Shown: positions 46,781 to 59,089 of the stretch, in pieces
Layout of the letters: every line of letters starts with the position of its first letter
Numbering within the stretch: the first letter of the stretch is position 1
NCBI GenBank assembly: GCA_028534125.1
Contig: CM052817.1
Location: forward strand, 2,358,001-2,422,000
Direction of reading: 5' to 3'
Length of the DNA: 64,000 nucleotides
Source of the DNA: Lama glama
Taxonomy: Eukaryota
Program-made: the position numbers and the translations under genes
The notes under the pieces: model-generated
Seen by the model: only the letters and a program-made list of their open reading frames with translations
What the model was told of the DNA's origin: nothing
The model's database searches: none

Positions 46781-49149
46781 TTTGCAGAAGCACCCGCCTT
46801 GCACGCCCCACCCCGTCCCACCTCCCCGTAAGGAGTGGGAAACGGATGGCTTACCCTGGAATGCACCTCCCCCTCCCAGATCTCTCGTCACCCAGATCTC
46901 TAGGGAACTCCATCCTTCACTGTTGCCAGGTGTAAGGGCAAGGGTTAGAGGGCCTGGTGTCCCCAGTGGGGTCCAGGCCCAGGTGCACACACGGTCCCGG
47001 GCTCCTGTCTTGTCCACCTCCTGCAGCCCAGCTGTGGGCTGGGAGAGCTGGGTGGGTCAGGGGTGGGCTGCCAGAGGGAACCTGGCTTCTCCTAAGGGTC
47101 CTGGCAGCAGGGGTGGAGTGTCGGGCTGGACCGGTGGACTCCAAGACCCCCAGGCCCTACCAGCCCTGACACACACCTGACAAAGCTCCCTAGTGCTTCC
47201 TGTAACTGCCAGGAACCCGGAAAGTCCGGGTCCTCATGCATCAGGAGAGGCGTGGGGGTGTTGAATCCCAGGCTGGGGAAGGTTCACCGCCCACTTACAC
47301 CCTTTCCCTGGAAATACCTCTCGAGGAAAAAGTCGGTTTTGTCCTGTGGCTGCCAGGACTCAAGTTACAGCCCTGCCCGCCACCCCTCTACAGGGAAGGA
47401 AACCGAGGCCCAGAGGGTCCGATGCAGAGCTGGGGTGCGGTCCCAGGCCGGAGAAGAGAACCGTGTCCCAGTGCGGGAGCAGCGCCTGGTCTGCGGGCAC
47501 AGCCAGGGGGTGGGGTGAGCTGTGGCCTCAGCTGCCTCCACGGTTTCTCCTGCCTTCGAGGGAGGCATGTCCCCCAAGAGAATAAACTGATGCCTCTCCC
47601 CCGGCGGGTAAAAGGGCCTGGCCGTGGGTCTCCACAGACCCGACCCTGGGTCCCTCTGGTTTCTGGAGCCCCGCAGGGTCCCCAGGTCTGAGATGTCCAG
47701 TCTGAAGGCTGCCAGCATCCACCCACAGGCTGGTGTGGACCGTGGAGTGAGGGTCACTGCCCAGCGTCAGCCAAGGGATTTGTGGCGCCCTACCGGGCTC
47801 CTCTGGGCCTCCACTTCCCAGAAGGACCGGGCACTGCCTCAAGCAAGTCTGTGAGGCTGAAACGGGAAAATCAATATGCGGTTTGAAGAGTGTGGGCTGC
47901 CCCTGGGGACGTGGTCCCTGTGTCCCCAGCCCCTCCCATCACTCACACCTGGAGGCCACGCTCTCCTCCCCATCGTCCGAGAGGGAAACTCCTGGCACTA
48001 AGGAAACACAGTCAGAAACACACAGGAGCGGCTGGACCCTGGGAGCCCTAACATTTATACAGCCACAGGGCTCTCACTTGAAAAATATAGGAATATAGCA
48101 CTTTTATTTTTGACAAACCATATACCCTGGAGAATACCCAGCTCGGGCCTCCCCAGGACCTCGGTGCTCACAGTGAATCACCCTTGAATTCCCGTTGCCA
48201 GACCCCGACAGGCCAGCCCCCTGCAGCCTGGGGTCACCGGGGTTTCAAAGCAAGCAGGCTGAACCCGGAGCTGCCCAGTGCCCCATGTCTCGTGTGTAGT
48301 GGGCTCTCCCTTAAGTTGGAACTCCGCAGACCTGCCACCTCCAGGAAGACCCCCTTGGCTCTGGCTGCAGGAGACCTGAGGGTGTCTTGGCGGTGGCTGC
48401 ATGCCAGTGGCCCCAAAGGGCTTGCAGGTCCATTTGCGTGGCTGGCCTCCAAGCCTCTGTCCAGCCCACACCACTTGCGTCCCCCTCCGCCTTCCACAGA
48501 GAGCAGAGGGCCCAGGCCTGAGCCTTGGGTCTGGGACGGGGAAGGGCTTTGAGGCCCAGGTGGGGTTCCGGCCAAGACCAGATCCTGGAGGCAGGGCTGG
48601 CTTTGTAGGCCTATGGGGACCTGTCCAGTCACAAAGGGCCCTGGGTTCAGGAAGGCGCCTCTTGGCCGTCGCTGCCTTGAAAGTCTGAATGCATCTTAAT
48701 TTGTGAATAAGGGGTCACATTTTCGTTTTGACGGGGCCACAGAACTATGTAGCCAGAGCTGCATGGGTCCAGGCAGCTCTCTGGGGGGAAGGAGTCCCCA
48801 GAGAGAAGGGCCCGGGGTCTGGGGCACAACCAGGTCTCGAGTGTGTCCCTGCGCTTCAGAGGCAGGGCGGGATGGATGTGAGGAGGGTCTGACACTCACC
48901 GCAGGGACTCGGCCTGCCATTCCCTGACCCCCACCTGACCCCCGGCAGTGCCTGGCGGGGTACAGGGTCACCGCTCGGTGGGAGGGTTAAATAAGCAGAC
49001 GCAGTGGTGGAGGGGGCTGGTGCTGGGCGGGGGAGGGTCAGCGTTCCCAGCTTTGGGGGCGAGTCCCCGCCTGGGCCTGGTGGGGGAGGAGAGATAATCC
49101 TACAGGGTAGAAGTGTGTCCTGGAGACCCTGGTCGGTGGCCTGCCCAGA

Positions 49150-51320
49150 GGGGCCCAGGGTGATGAGCGCAGAGCGGGAAGCGCGGAGCAGCAGGAGTGC
49201 AGGGCCTGGAAGGCCGCGGTAAGACCTGGACCACGGGGTCGGGGCGGGGCGGGAGGAGGCCGCGGCCGCAGAATGCAGGCCTGGCAGGAAAGGGACCACG
49301 ACCCGCCGGGCAGAGGCGGAGAAGCTGCCGGGTCACTGGGGTGGGAGATGGTGGCTTCATTTAGGGGATTTAAAACGATGAGGAGAAGCCTGAGCGCCTG
49401 AGCCCCTGGGCGCTGAGTCAACAGCCCCGACCCAAGGGCAAAAGCAGGGCGTAGGGGCTCAAGGTTGGACTTCGCTGTTGCTGGTAATGCACTGGGGCAG
49501 GAAGTTGGGTGAGGGTAGCCAGGCTCAGTCGGGTCGTGCAGATTGTCGTCAGGGCGACCAGGGTTCCCTGCCACCTGGGCTTTGGGTGGTCGCCTCTGCG
49601 GAGTTCGCTCACCGTGCTCCGGTTCTGCCCGGGAGCCTAGGCTGCGGTGGCAGGCCATGTGGCCCGGGCTTGTTTTAAAGACAGGGTTACAACCTGGGGT
49701 CAGTGGGGGAAACTGAGGCGGGCAACCGGGCCTGCATTTGCAGCCCTGCCGTGCCCAGCCCTCAGCCTCCCTTTCCCCCTGCTGAAACTCAGTTTCTCTG
49801 TTGGGGACACAGACCCAAGGCGGCTTCTGGCAGAGCTGCTGCGGGGACTTACGGAGGCCACGGGGGTCCACGGGGAGGGCAGCGGGGAAGAAGCAAAACC
49901 TTTACACCTCGACAGTGGCTCGCCTCGCACCCGGGCTTTAAACCCAAGACGTAAGGGGAGCACCCGTTCCTGGGACAGGAAGGAGCCGATTCCTGCTCTG
50001 GAAGGCCCCGCAAACTCAGTGTCGGGACCCTTGGGGCTGGACTGCGAACCAAGGGGTGGGGCAGCGGGTGCTTCACTGGGGTCGCCGGCTCCTCCAGCGC
50101 GGGCGGGCGCCGGGAGCAGGAGGCCTCCCGGGGACCGTGGTGACCTGGAAGGCAGCGGCCCTGGGGGCAGCAGCAGCGGGAGCCCGCCCCGGCTTGCGGG
50201 GTTCTCCCGCGTGGTCTCCTTCTGAGCGCTTAGTGCTATCTAGTGCCGGGCATCCGCGCGCGGGTCTGCGGGCTCAGCCCCGCGCCTTCTCTTCCCGGCC
50301 CCGTGACTGGACCGCGGGTGGGGCTGGAGCCTCAGGCCGACGGACCTTGATTCTCGTCCGCGGCGGGCGGTCTCGGGAAGGGCTCTGGGTCCTTCGGGAA
50401 CTTTCTGCCGGGGCGCGTGTCTGCAGCGCGAGGTCACTGGCCTGCGCCCCCGCGGATGCGTCCCATCAGCAAATGGCCGGGTTCCCCTGGCTAGCGCTCT
50501 GCTGAAAGGATCAGAAGGAGGCATTTCCTGCGGCGTTGGGGGCAGTCCTTTGTCTCCAGCCCCAGGCAGCCTGCTGCAGCCCCCGCGGCCCCTCTGGAGA
50601 GGTCAGAACAAAGCCCAGCGAGATCAGGAACGAAACCCACACCATCCAGAAGGGGGCGCTTTATCCTGCTTACAACGCCCAGGGGCTGCCGGCAGGACAA
50701 GTGGAGGGGCCGAGGCGGGCGGGCGGGAGCCCGGGGGATGCCGTGCGGGGTACTGCCCCGCGCTCCGAGCCGCGCGGTGGGGCCTCCGTCGTCCTCGGCA
50801 ACCGGGCCTGCGGCGCCCCGCGCGGGCGAGCCCGGGCCGGGAGGCGGCGGGAGGCCGGCGTGAGCCTGCTCGGCCTCGTACCCCGCGCGGCGGCACCGCG
50901 GGTCCCCGCCGGGCCGCCTCCCGCCTCCCCTCCCGGCGAGTGGGCCGGAGACGCGCGCGCGCCCCGCCGCAGGAGCAGCTGTGGAGGGAACAGCGCCTGC
51001 CGTGGGCGCCTGCCTCTGCGGGGTGACCGCTGGCCCTGTGCTCCCGCCGAGCCTGTCTCGAGGGCGATAACCCAGGTGGCCCGCGGGGCGAGGGAGCCGC
51101 CCGCGGCCCCGGGAGGGCCTGAGACCCCAAACCGCACCCAGCCCGCAGCTTCGCGGGCCGCACACTCTGCGATTCGCTCGCCCAGACAGGCCCGCGCTCT
51201 CTGCGGCGCGAGCCGCGGGGACAGCTCGCACCCGCGCTGGAGGAGGGCGCAGCCCAGGGTGGTGGCGACAACGGAAGCAGAGAAGGAAGAAACTAGGGTC
51301 GGGCGCAGGGGGGAGGGCTG
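49150..51320. promoter_or_regulatory. Large CpG island (core about 50050-51320), promoter-like
   Basis: Very dense CpG/CGCG, GC boxes at about 49241-49253, a CTCF-like motif at 50646-50659 and several consensus-like splice donors on the left flank. Confidence 0.8.
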
Positions 51321-52922
51321 CCCCGAAGAGGTGACAGGCTGCGCTCCGAAGGTTACCCGATGGAGCTGAGTGTGTTCTCTCCTGTATCCACCCTCCCCTG
51401 TGTCCCCGAGATCCCCCCGTTTTTCCCCCTTATGGACGACGGCTTTGTGGGGTTCAAGTGTGCAGCCACCAACTGGGATTCACTCCCTCCATCAGCAAAT
51501 ATTTTTTGAGTGTTTTCTCTGCGCCAGGCAAGGTTCTAGGCCCTGGGAAGAGACAGTGCACTAGAGTGGGGCTACGGGGGAGCTTGGGGGTGGGCTGGGT
51601 GGATAGTAAACACGTCAGTGAATGTGCACTGCACCCTCTGACGGCAGCCGGAAGGAGAAGGCATTCAAGCTGGTCCTGAGCGACAAGAAAGCCGTCTTCT
51701 TGCTTGGGGAGGGGGAAGGGGAGACATGACCCGTTTTGCGCCCAGAGGATGTGAGGTTTGCAGGACAGAAGCTGAGGAAGGGCAGGGTTTGGGGTCAGAG
51801 CATCTAGGAAGAGGCAGTGGTCACTGTGACCAGGAGCTCAAGAAAAGACATGGGGGTGCCAGGCCTCAGGAGGCAGTGAGACTTGGATTCTGGAAAGCAT
51901 GTGCTGCAGGGTCCTCCCTCCAAGCCGAGGCCCTGACTGCCCCTCCTCCTTCCCTGCCACCTAGAGGGAAATGCCATGAGGCTGTGGTCTTGGGTGGCCA
52001 GGCCACACTCTTCCATGGACCACAACCTCCCCTAGGTCAGTGTGGGTGCAAGGTGAATGACTTGGTCCCTGCAGCAGCCCTGAGAAATCAGGATCATCTT
52101 GAACCCATTTCCCGATGAGGAAACAGGCTCCAGGCACTCAGCAAAACAGCTTTAAACACAATGGGGGGAGTGCACTCAATTTGGGGGTGACTAGAGAGGT
52201 AGAACAATTTGGGACAGGCCTCCCCAACCGAGGGACAGCTCGACACTGGGGAAACTGAACCCCACCTAAGGTCAGGATTTGCCCAGAGCAAGCTTGGGAC
52301 TGGCCTCTGTCCTGGCACAACCTGGTGGGGTGGGGTGGGGGGAGGGACGGGGACCTCTGCTGCTGGGCACAGCCCTGGGAAAAACCTTGGCGCTGGGGTG
52401 GCTGGGGAATCCCAGGTTCCCACACCTCTACTGGCCGGCCTCACGTCCACGTCCAGGGAGGGGAGCTTGCAGACAGAGCCACCTGGCCCCTGCTGGAGCA
52501 GCGCTCAGATTGGCTCTGGGATGCGAGTGGTGAGACGTAGAGTCTGGGCTAGTGAGTCTGGGCTGGGCAGGCTAAGCCCTGAATTAAGGTGGTGTAGGCG
52601 TGTGGAGCCCCAGATCACCCTTCCCTCTGGGCTCCAGCCCTGTCTGGGCCTTTTGTGAGCCCTTCTCCTGGACGCCCTCCCTATAAAGCCAAGGTGTTTC
52701 CATGGGGAGGGACTTCGGCTGGGAAGCTTCACCTGCTAGGTTGGTGCCGATGTGGAAGCTCTCAGTGCCCAGGCAGAGGGTGCACTTGGCTGGGAGTTGC
52801 TCACGTGGTTTCCCTCCCATTTGGTGTGGGGCTGGCCCTGTCCTCTTGGCCTCCATGGATGGCTTCCTTTCCCCTAGAGGGTGGCCCTCAGCATTTCGTA
52901 TTTTTTGTTTGTCTTGTTTGCC

Positions 52923-53372
52923 TTTTTAAAAAAGTTGAAGTATAGTCAATTTACAATGTTGTGTTAATTTCTGGTGTGCAGCACAGGGATTCAGTTGTGT
53001 GTGTGTGTGTGTGTCCCTATTCTTCTTCATTACAGGCTATTACATGTGACAGTTAGTATCTGCAAATCCTGAGCTCCCAGTTTATCCCTCCCACCCCTTT
53101 TCCTTCTGGTGACCATAAGTTTGTTTTCTACATCTGAGTTTGTCTCTGTTTTGTAGAGTTCATTTGTGTCCTTATTTTAAGATTCCTCATGTAAATGGTC
53201 TCATATGGTAATTTTTCTTTCTCTTTCTGGCTTAACTTCACTGAGGATGATGCTCTCCAGGTCCATCCACGTTGCTGCCAATGGCATTATTTTATTCTTT
53301 TGCACGGCTGAGTAGGATTCCATTGTATAAACAGACCACAGCTTTTCTATCCAGTCATCTCGATGGACCTTT
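52923..53372 (-). mobile_element. Younger L1 3' end (antisense)
   Basis: TTGAAGTATAGTCAATTTACAATGTTGTGTTAATTTCTGGTGT...CTCCAGGTCCATCCACGTTGCTGC resembles the reverse complement of the L1 3' ends at 36.5-37.0 and 42.6-43.1 kb. Confidence 0.9.
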
Positions 53373-53675
53373 AGATTCAGTGTTTACTCTTAAGGGGGAT
53401 GAACCATCTGGCCCTAGAAACTGTCTGGAGGATGGATTCAGAGTAGGGGGGAGGGGAACTTCAACTCTGCCACCTCCAGCAGGTGGCTCTGGGTGAGTGG
53501 GTATCACCACCTCCAGCCCTCTGCTTCCTCCTGGCAAAGCGCAGACCACTCTTGGCTTGGCCCAGGACCGTGTGTCGGCCACAGGTAATCTGGTCCTTCG
53601 TGTTTACTTTCTGCAGACTCTTCTGCCTTGTGCACAGTTAAAGCTCCAACAGCTGACACTTGGCCTGGCTCAGAC

Positions 53676-53740
53676 AAGGAAGGAAGGAAGGAAGGAAGGA
53701 AGGAAGGAAGAAGAGAAGGAAGGGGGGAGGGAGGGAGGAG
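53676..53740. repeat. (GGAA)n / purine-rich microsatellite
   Basis: About 8 AAGG units followed by GA-rich sequence. Confidence 0.9.
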
Positions 53741-56700
53741 TGAGGAGGGCCCCTTACCACTCACTAGACCAACAGAGAGAGTTCAAGGAGAACTGAGCTC
53801 AACTGCGGCCCCAGGGTTGGGACACCCAGCAGCCAGGGGCTCACCAGGATGCCAGGGGCTCTGGGTCCTGCTGGCCGGGGGCTGCCCTCCTTCCCTGCAG
53901 CCCACTCCCTGCATCAGTTCTGTGCCACAGGCTCAGAGTAGAGGCAAGCTGCTGGAGGTCCGGACACCACAGCAGCAGGAGGGAAGTGCACCCGAGAAGC
54001 ATGCAGAGGGGCTCCCGGATCCCTGGCAGACACAAGGGTGTTCCTAGGAATTTAATGAAACTCCTTTGTTCCCTCAGGGTGGGACAGAGAGTGGCCCAGG
54101 GCAAGGATTTCGGGGCCAAGGAAGTGGGGGCTACCCACCCCCAGTCAAGGGCCACTGCTGAGTTTGCATTTCAGGTTTATTCCCTCCCTTTTCTCTAGGC
54201 GTTTGCCTCTCTGCTCTTCAGAGCTGTCTCCCTTGAAATGCTAGATGAACCCCAGGAGGAAGGCGGGGCGCACCCACTTCGGCTGAGGAGCCTGCCACCC
54301 CCTCCTCAAGGGACTTTGCAACTGTAAGGTTAACCCAGCTCCGCCTCCACTGTGGGGCCCCCAGTTCTCCCCAGGGCTCCCCCCGAGGTGCCGTGGGAGT
54401 GGGGGCGCCCGGGACTCAGACTGAGAGCCCTGGCGGAGCAGGCTGGGCACTGGAAGCTCCGGGCCCTGGTCCTGCTCTTAAACGCGCCAGCTCTCCAGCT
54501 GCCTTGGGGATCATTTTGTGTCAGCCTGGTCTGGAGAAACTGCTGGAAGCAGTTTGGCTCCCAAGTATCCAGCACGGTGGGGCAGAAGATGGGTGGCACA
54601 GGGCACCCTGGGCACTGTGTGCCTCCGGGCCGCACAGAGCGAGGATGGACGTGTGTCCCCAAGCCCGAGGGCAGGCTGCCGGGGGTTTCTGTTGCACTCT
54701 TTCCCTTTAGGATTAGGGAAGGGGTGGCCTGCTCTGGAAATGACTTCTCAGCCATACAGATCAAATCAACTGACATCTCAGTCTTGGCAGCATCACCTGC
54801 AGGGTCCCCAGTGAGCTGGGGCGGGAGCGGAGGAGCACGGCCCGCAGTGTGGCCGATCTGAGACCTTCTTGCTGGTGGGTTGGCTGCGAGGGAGGGGACG
54901 GGGCTCCAGTCCTCATCTCGGCTCCTCCTGGGGTTCAGGTCCCCTCCTGCACCAGCACTGTCTCACAGCACCTTGGTCAAGTCGGCCCTGTTGTCAAGCC
55001 CTTTTTTCCATTGAGAAGACTGAGGCTAAAAGAGACGATTGGGTGTGGAGTTTACCAGCCTGGGGTATCCTGAAGCCAGAGACGGACACGCAGTCCTAGC
55101 AGCGCGGGGCCCGAGTGGATAGTGGTTTGGTAGCTTATGGCACCGCACCTTGCATCTAGGACAGAGCCCTCATGTGGGCAGGAGCAGAGGCTGGTGTTGC
55201 TATCAGCCTTGTGGAGTTGGCCTCGTGATGCTGTGTGGGGCTGTGACCCGCTGGCAACTCAGCACAATCCTCAGGACACCTTCCTCTTGGTGTCATCCTG
55301 GGGCATTAAATGCAGGAAAAGCAGGGAGAGGGGCCACCCGGGTGGAAGCCCCGCCCACCAGGTAGAAGCCCCACCCACTGGCACTCAGACCTAAGCGGTA
55401 GTCGCCCAGGAGGCGGGGATCTGATCACAGTCTTGGTCTGGAAATTACACTTTAAAGCTGGATTCAGTCAAAGCATCAACTGCCTGGCGTGGACCCACAG
55501 GTATCCACCTCAGAGCGAGTGGGGGCTTCCCAGCAGGACAGGGAGTCTGCTCTCCAAGGCCCTGGCAGATGGCCCCCTGCTGCTTCCTGACCCGTTTCCC
55601 CTGCAGAGGGGCTGGGTTGGACCTAAGTCTCAGTGACCTCTGTGCCTCCCACATTGGCTAATTCAGAGCCTCCTGCAGCCCCTGCCTTCTCAGCCATCAT
55701 GTTATTAAGTAATGCTCCCTTACATAGAGAGGGGAAGGAGTGGAGTTCAGGCCACTGGTGCTCCAGAGACCCAGCACAGGACTCTAGCTCGTGAGGCCCT
55801 GGTGGGAAAACATTTGGTCCTCTAGCCTCCTCATGGTTCTTGTTTTAGGAGGAGTATACACACTTGTCTCTGTGTAGCTCGGCTCCTCCCTCCACCTGTC
55901 TTCCTATGGACCCTGATGGCTGGGCACAGTCTATCCGCAGACTCATGAGGGCATCAGGGAAATATCCCAGATGTGAAAAAGAAAGAGAGAGAGAGACAGG
56001 AAAGAGAGCTAGTTCCTACCTGTGCACCTGAGAAGCCAGGCTGGGCACCGCCCCTTGAACTTGAGTCTGACGTGGCAATAATCCCGTCCTTTACGGAATC
56101 TAAAGTCCACCTTGGCTTCCGGGGGTGAGGAAAGCCTCCTTCTCCCTGGCCCTGCAGGACCACAAAGCGTGGGCCAGGAAGGAGACGTGGGGCCAGGACC
56201 CCTACTGCACCCTGAGTTCTCCGTCACAGCATTTACTTGGGGCGGTTACACGTGATACCTGGACAAGGGCCCGTCCTGTCTTCCCACGTGGGCAAGGACG
56301 GGCCTGGCTTTGTCTGAGCTCTCTCCTGTATCCAGAACAGGGCTTGGAGACTCGGCTAAATCAGTAGCCGCTGAACCACTGACTGAACGAGTAAATGCAG
56401 TGCCCGAATGTCTCCAAGCCCAGGAAGTGCGCTATTCCTTCAAGTCAGTTCCTGGAGTCTCCTCACGGTGGCGCTCGTGGGACGGGCCGGTTCATCCGGG
56501 CGGCGCAGCGTTTGCTGTTCAAATGTTCAGGATAAATCAGCTTTAGATGAATACTTCCACTGTGCTCCCAGCTGAAGAGGCGAGCGCCTTCCAGCGAAAT
56601 CTGGCTTATTTACAGATTCAGGTCCAAGAAGATGTTTTGTTTTAGCACATCCTCCCCTGGTCCCAAGAATGTAGTGAGGGATGACTTGGACACTAAACGT

Positions 56701-57772
56701 TTTTGGACAGTTATTCAAGGGTGATTGTTAAAGCTGATATCTGTATTTGCCGTCTCGGTGAGGGGGTCTGCTGTGGAGGAGGGGCACGTGGACCGAGAGC
56801 CAGGCCCCGCCTTGCTAACCGCTTCCAATGATTCTCGCCTTATCACAACACCGGACGGCTGATCACGTCCCCGCTCCACGACTCTGGCCAAATCATTCCT
56901 TTTGGGGTGCTTAGAATAGACTGCTCAGCGCTAAAGGAAACCTCACCAGTGGCTGAGGATCGTAAGCACAGTGGCCACAGAGGCCACGAGGGGCCAAGTG
57001 AAGTCAAGCCCCAGCCACGACGCAGGACTCGTTCCCTAAAGGGCTCCACCGTGGGCAAGGGGCAGAGGGCGGTGTGGTTCGGGGGGCAGCCTTCTGGGCC
57101 TGTTGTCTGTGTGAAGGGCAGAAGTTGGGGGAGGCCTCTCTCTGAAGGGTTCAGGCAGCCTGGAACCTGGCCGTGAGGGTACCACCTGCCCATCCCCCAG
57201 GCATGGGGCGTTCAGTAGACCCCCGCCTCCCACCCCAGCCTCTTCAGTTTGGGGTGTGTATGGAGTCGGGTGACAAGCGTGTCAGATCCGGCTGCGCCCA
57301 GACTAAGGGTCCTCCTCCTGATGGGCCCCTGCCTGTGCCTGACCAGCCCACACAAAGGAGACTCTGGCCAGCCTCTCCCCCAGCCAGAGGCTTACGAGCT
57401 TCTTAGAAGCACAATCTCTCCGTTCACCATTCTCAGTGTAAGTAAAGGGGACAGTCGGAGCAGCAAAAGACGGAATGAGCTACCTTGTGTGGTAGTGAGT
57501 TCCCTGTGGGGAGAGGTGTGCAAGCAGCAACTAGATGACCCCCGTTAGGAGGTTTCTACACTGCATCATTGTTGGGACCCTCCCTTTGAATTAATTTCCC
57601 AGATTGGTTTCCAGGCGAGCTGACATTTTAGTTGTGGCTTAAAATCCCACTTCCTGCAGACACTGGGGTTGCCTCACCCAGGCCCAAAGAGCACTTGGCT
57701 GATGCACCCGGCAAATATAGAGGGACCTGGGCCTGAGCTAATGCCCTGGAGGCTGGTGAGAACTGAGTGGCA

Positions 57773-58165
57773 TCATGGGCTGAATAATGTCCCCAAAGAC
57801 ACCAGGTTCAAATCCCGGAACCTATAACGTGACCTGGTATGGGAAAGGCGTCATTGGGATAGTTCAGGATTACCCTGGACAGAAGGTCCCGGATTATCCA
57901 AGGGGCCCTAACTGCCGTCACAGGTGTGATGAGCTGGAGATGCAGGGAGGTTTGACACAGACACACGCCACAGCCCGGGGATGCCTGGGGCCCCCAGAAG
58001 CTGGAAGAGGTGGGAAGTCCTCCAGGGGGAGCCCGGCCCTGCAGACACTTGAATTCAACCCAGTGATACTGATTTAGGACTTCTGGCCTCCAGAACTGTC
58101 TGAGAATAAATTTCTGTTGTTTTCAGCCGCCCAGCGCGTGGTGATTTGTTAGCGCTAGAACCAGG
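57773..58165 (+). mobile_element. MaLR solo LTR, MLT1C/D-like
   Basis: GGGCTGAATAATGTCCCCAAAGA...ATCCCGGAACCT...GGACTTCTGGCCTCCAGAACTGTCTGAGAATAAATTTCTGTTGTTTTCAGCC. Confidence 0.85.
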
Positions 58166-58451
58166 CATCCGTGGATGGGTCCCTGATGTTTCACATACAG
58201 AACTCGGTGTCTGGGACACACTCAGAGCCTGGGTTGCAGCTGCGGGGACCCAGCGGAAGGGCCTTTGGTCTGGTGCTGCTCGGTCCAGCTGGGGTCTGGG
58301 GGCCTCCCCCAGGAATGCTCCCTTCCAGCCGGGCTGCACACAGACACGGGGGCAAGGTGTGGGTGGGGGCGGGGAGGGAGTCAGCGTCTGCACCTGGCCT
58401 AGGCCCCTTCAGAATCTTTCTCACACTTCAGATATCAAAGTTACTCTGCGA

Positions 58452-58559
58452 GGGGGATGGTAGAGCTTAGTGGGAGAGCGCGTGCTTAGCATGCACGAGG
58501 TCCTGGGTTCAATCCCCAGTGCCTCCATTAAAAAAAAAAACTAAAGAACCCCCCCCAAA
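58452..58559 (+). mobile_element. Camelid tRNA-Ala-derived SINE (vic-1-like)
   Basis: GGGGGATGGTAGAGCTTAGTGGGAGAGCGCGTGCTTAGCATGCACGAGGTCCTGGGTTCAATCCCCAGTGCCTCCATT, followed by an A-run and a C-run tail. Same family as 30760-30906. Confidence 0.9.
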
Positions 58560-59089
58560 GCCCGCTTTCCCTACAAATGTCAGAACAGGTGCTTTCTGCA
58601 GGCCCTGAGAAAGTGGCTTGGTGGGTGAGGGCCCTGGGCCGCAGGCACCTTGGATTGTAGGGTCGTCCCCCAGCCAGCCTTCTGCAGCCGCGCAGATCAG
58701 GAGGTTTCGGTGCAGATGCTGGTAAGCTGTTTTAAATTCACCCTTCCACTGGGCAAATAATTCATTCCCTCTAGGACCTGCTGAAAGGCCCACTGGTTTG
58801 GGACGGGCCAGCTCCAGAGGCAGGGAGGTGACAATCTCCACAAGCCATCGGCACGCCGGGTGCTGGCTGCCTCTCTGAGCTGAGCACTGGGCTGCGGGGT
58901 ACTGATGCCTTCCTGGTCCCGGAGCTGATGACAGTCTCACTGATCGAGCTTTGAGTGGGGGGTGGGGGGGCCGATCAGTGTTCAGAGGAGCCCAGGGAGG
59001 AGGGAGGATGCAAGGCTGAGCCTCAGCAGTGCTCGTCCCATGCTCCTCCGGATGCAGTGCTGCCTTCCCCATCCCGCACTGCCTCCGCC

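Noticed and set aside
50491..51369. Coding exon within the CpG island (ORFs of 215-277 aa)
   Set aside because: It is open in several frames on both strands, low in complexity and without a recognisable motif.
58452..58527. Functional tRNA-Ala(AGC) gene
   Set aside because: It has an irregular 5' end and acceptor stem, an A-rich SINE tail instead of a T-run terminator, and a second family copy at 30760-30906.
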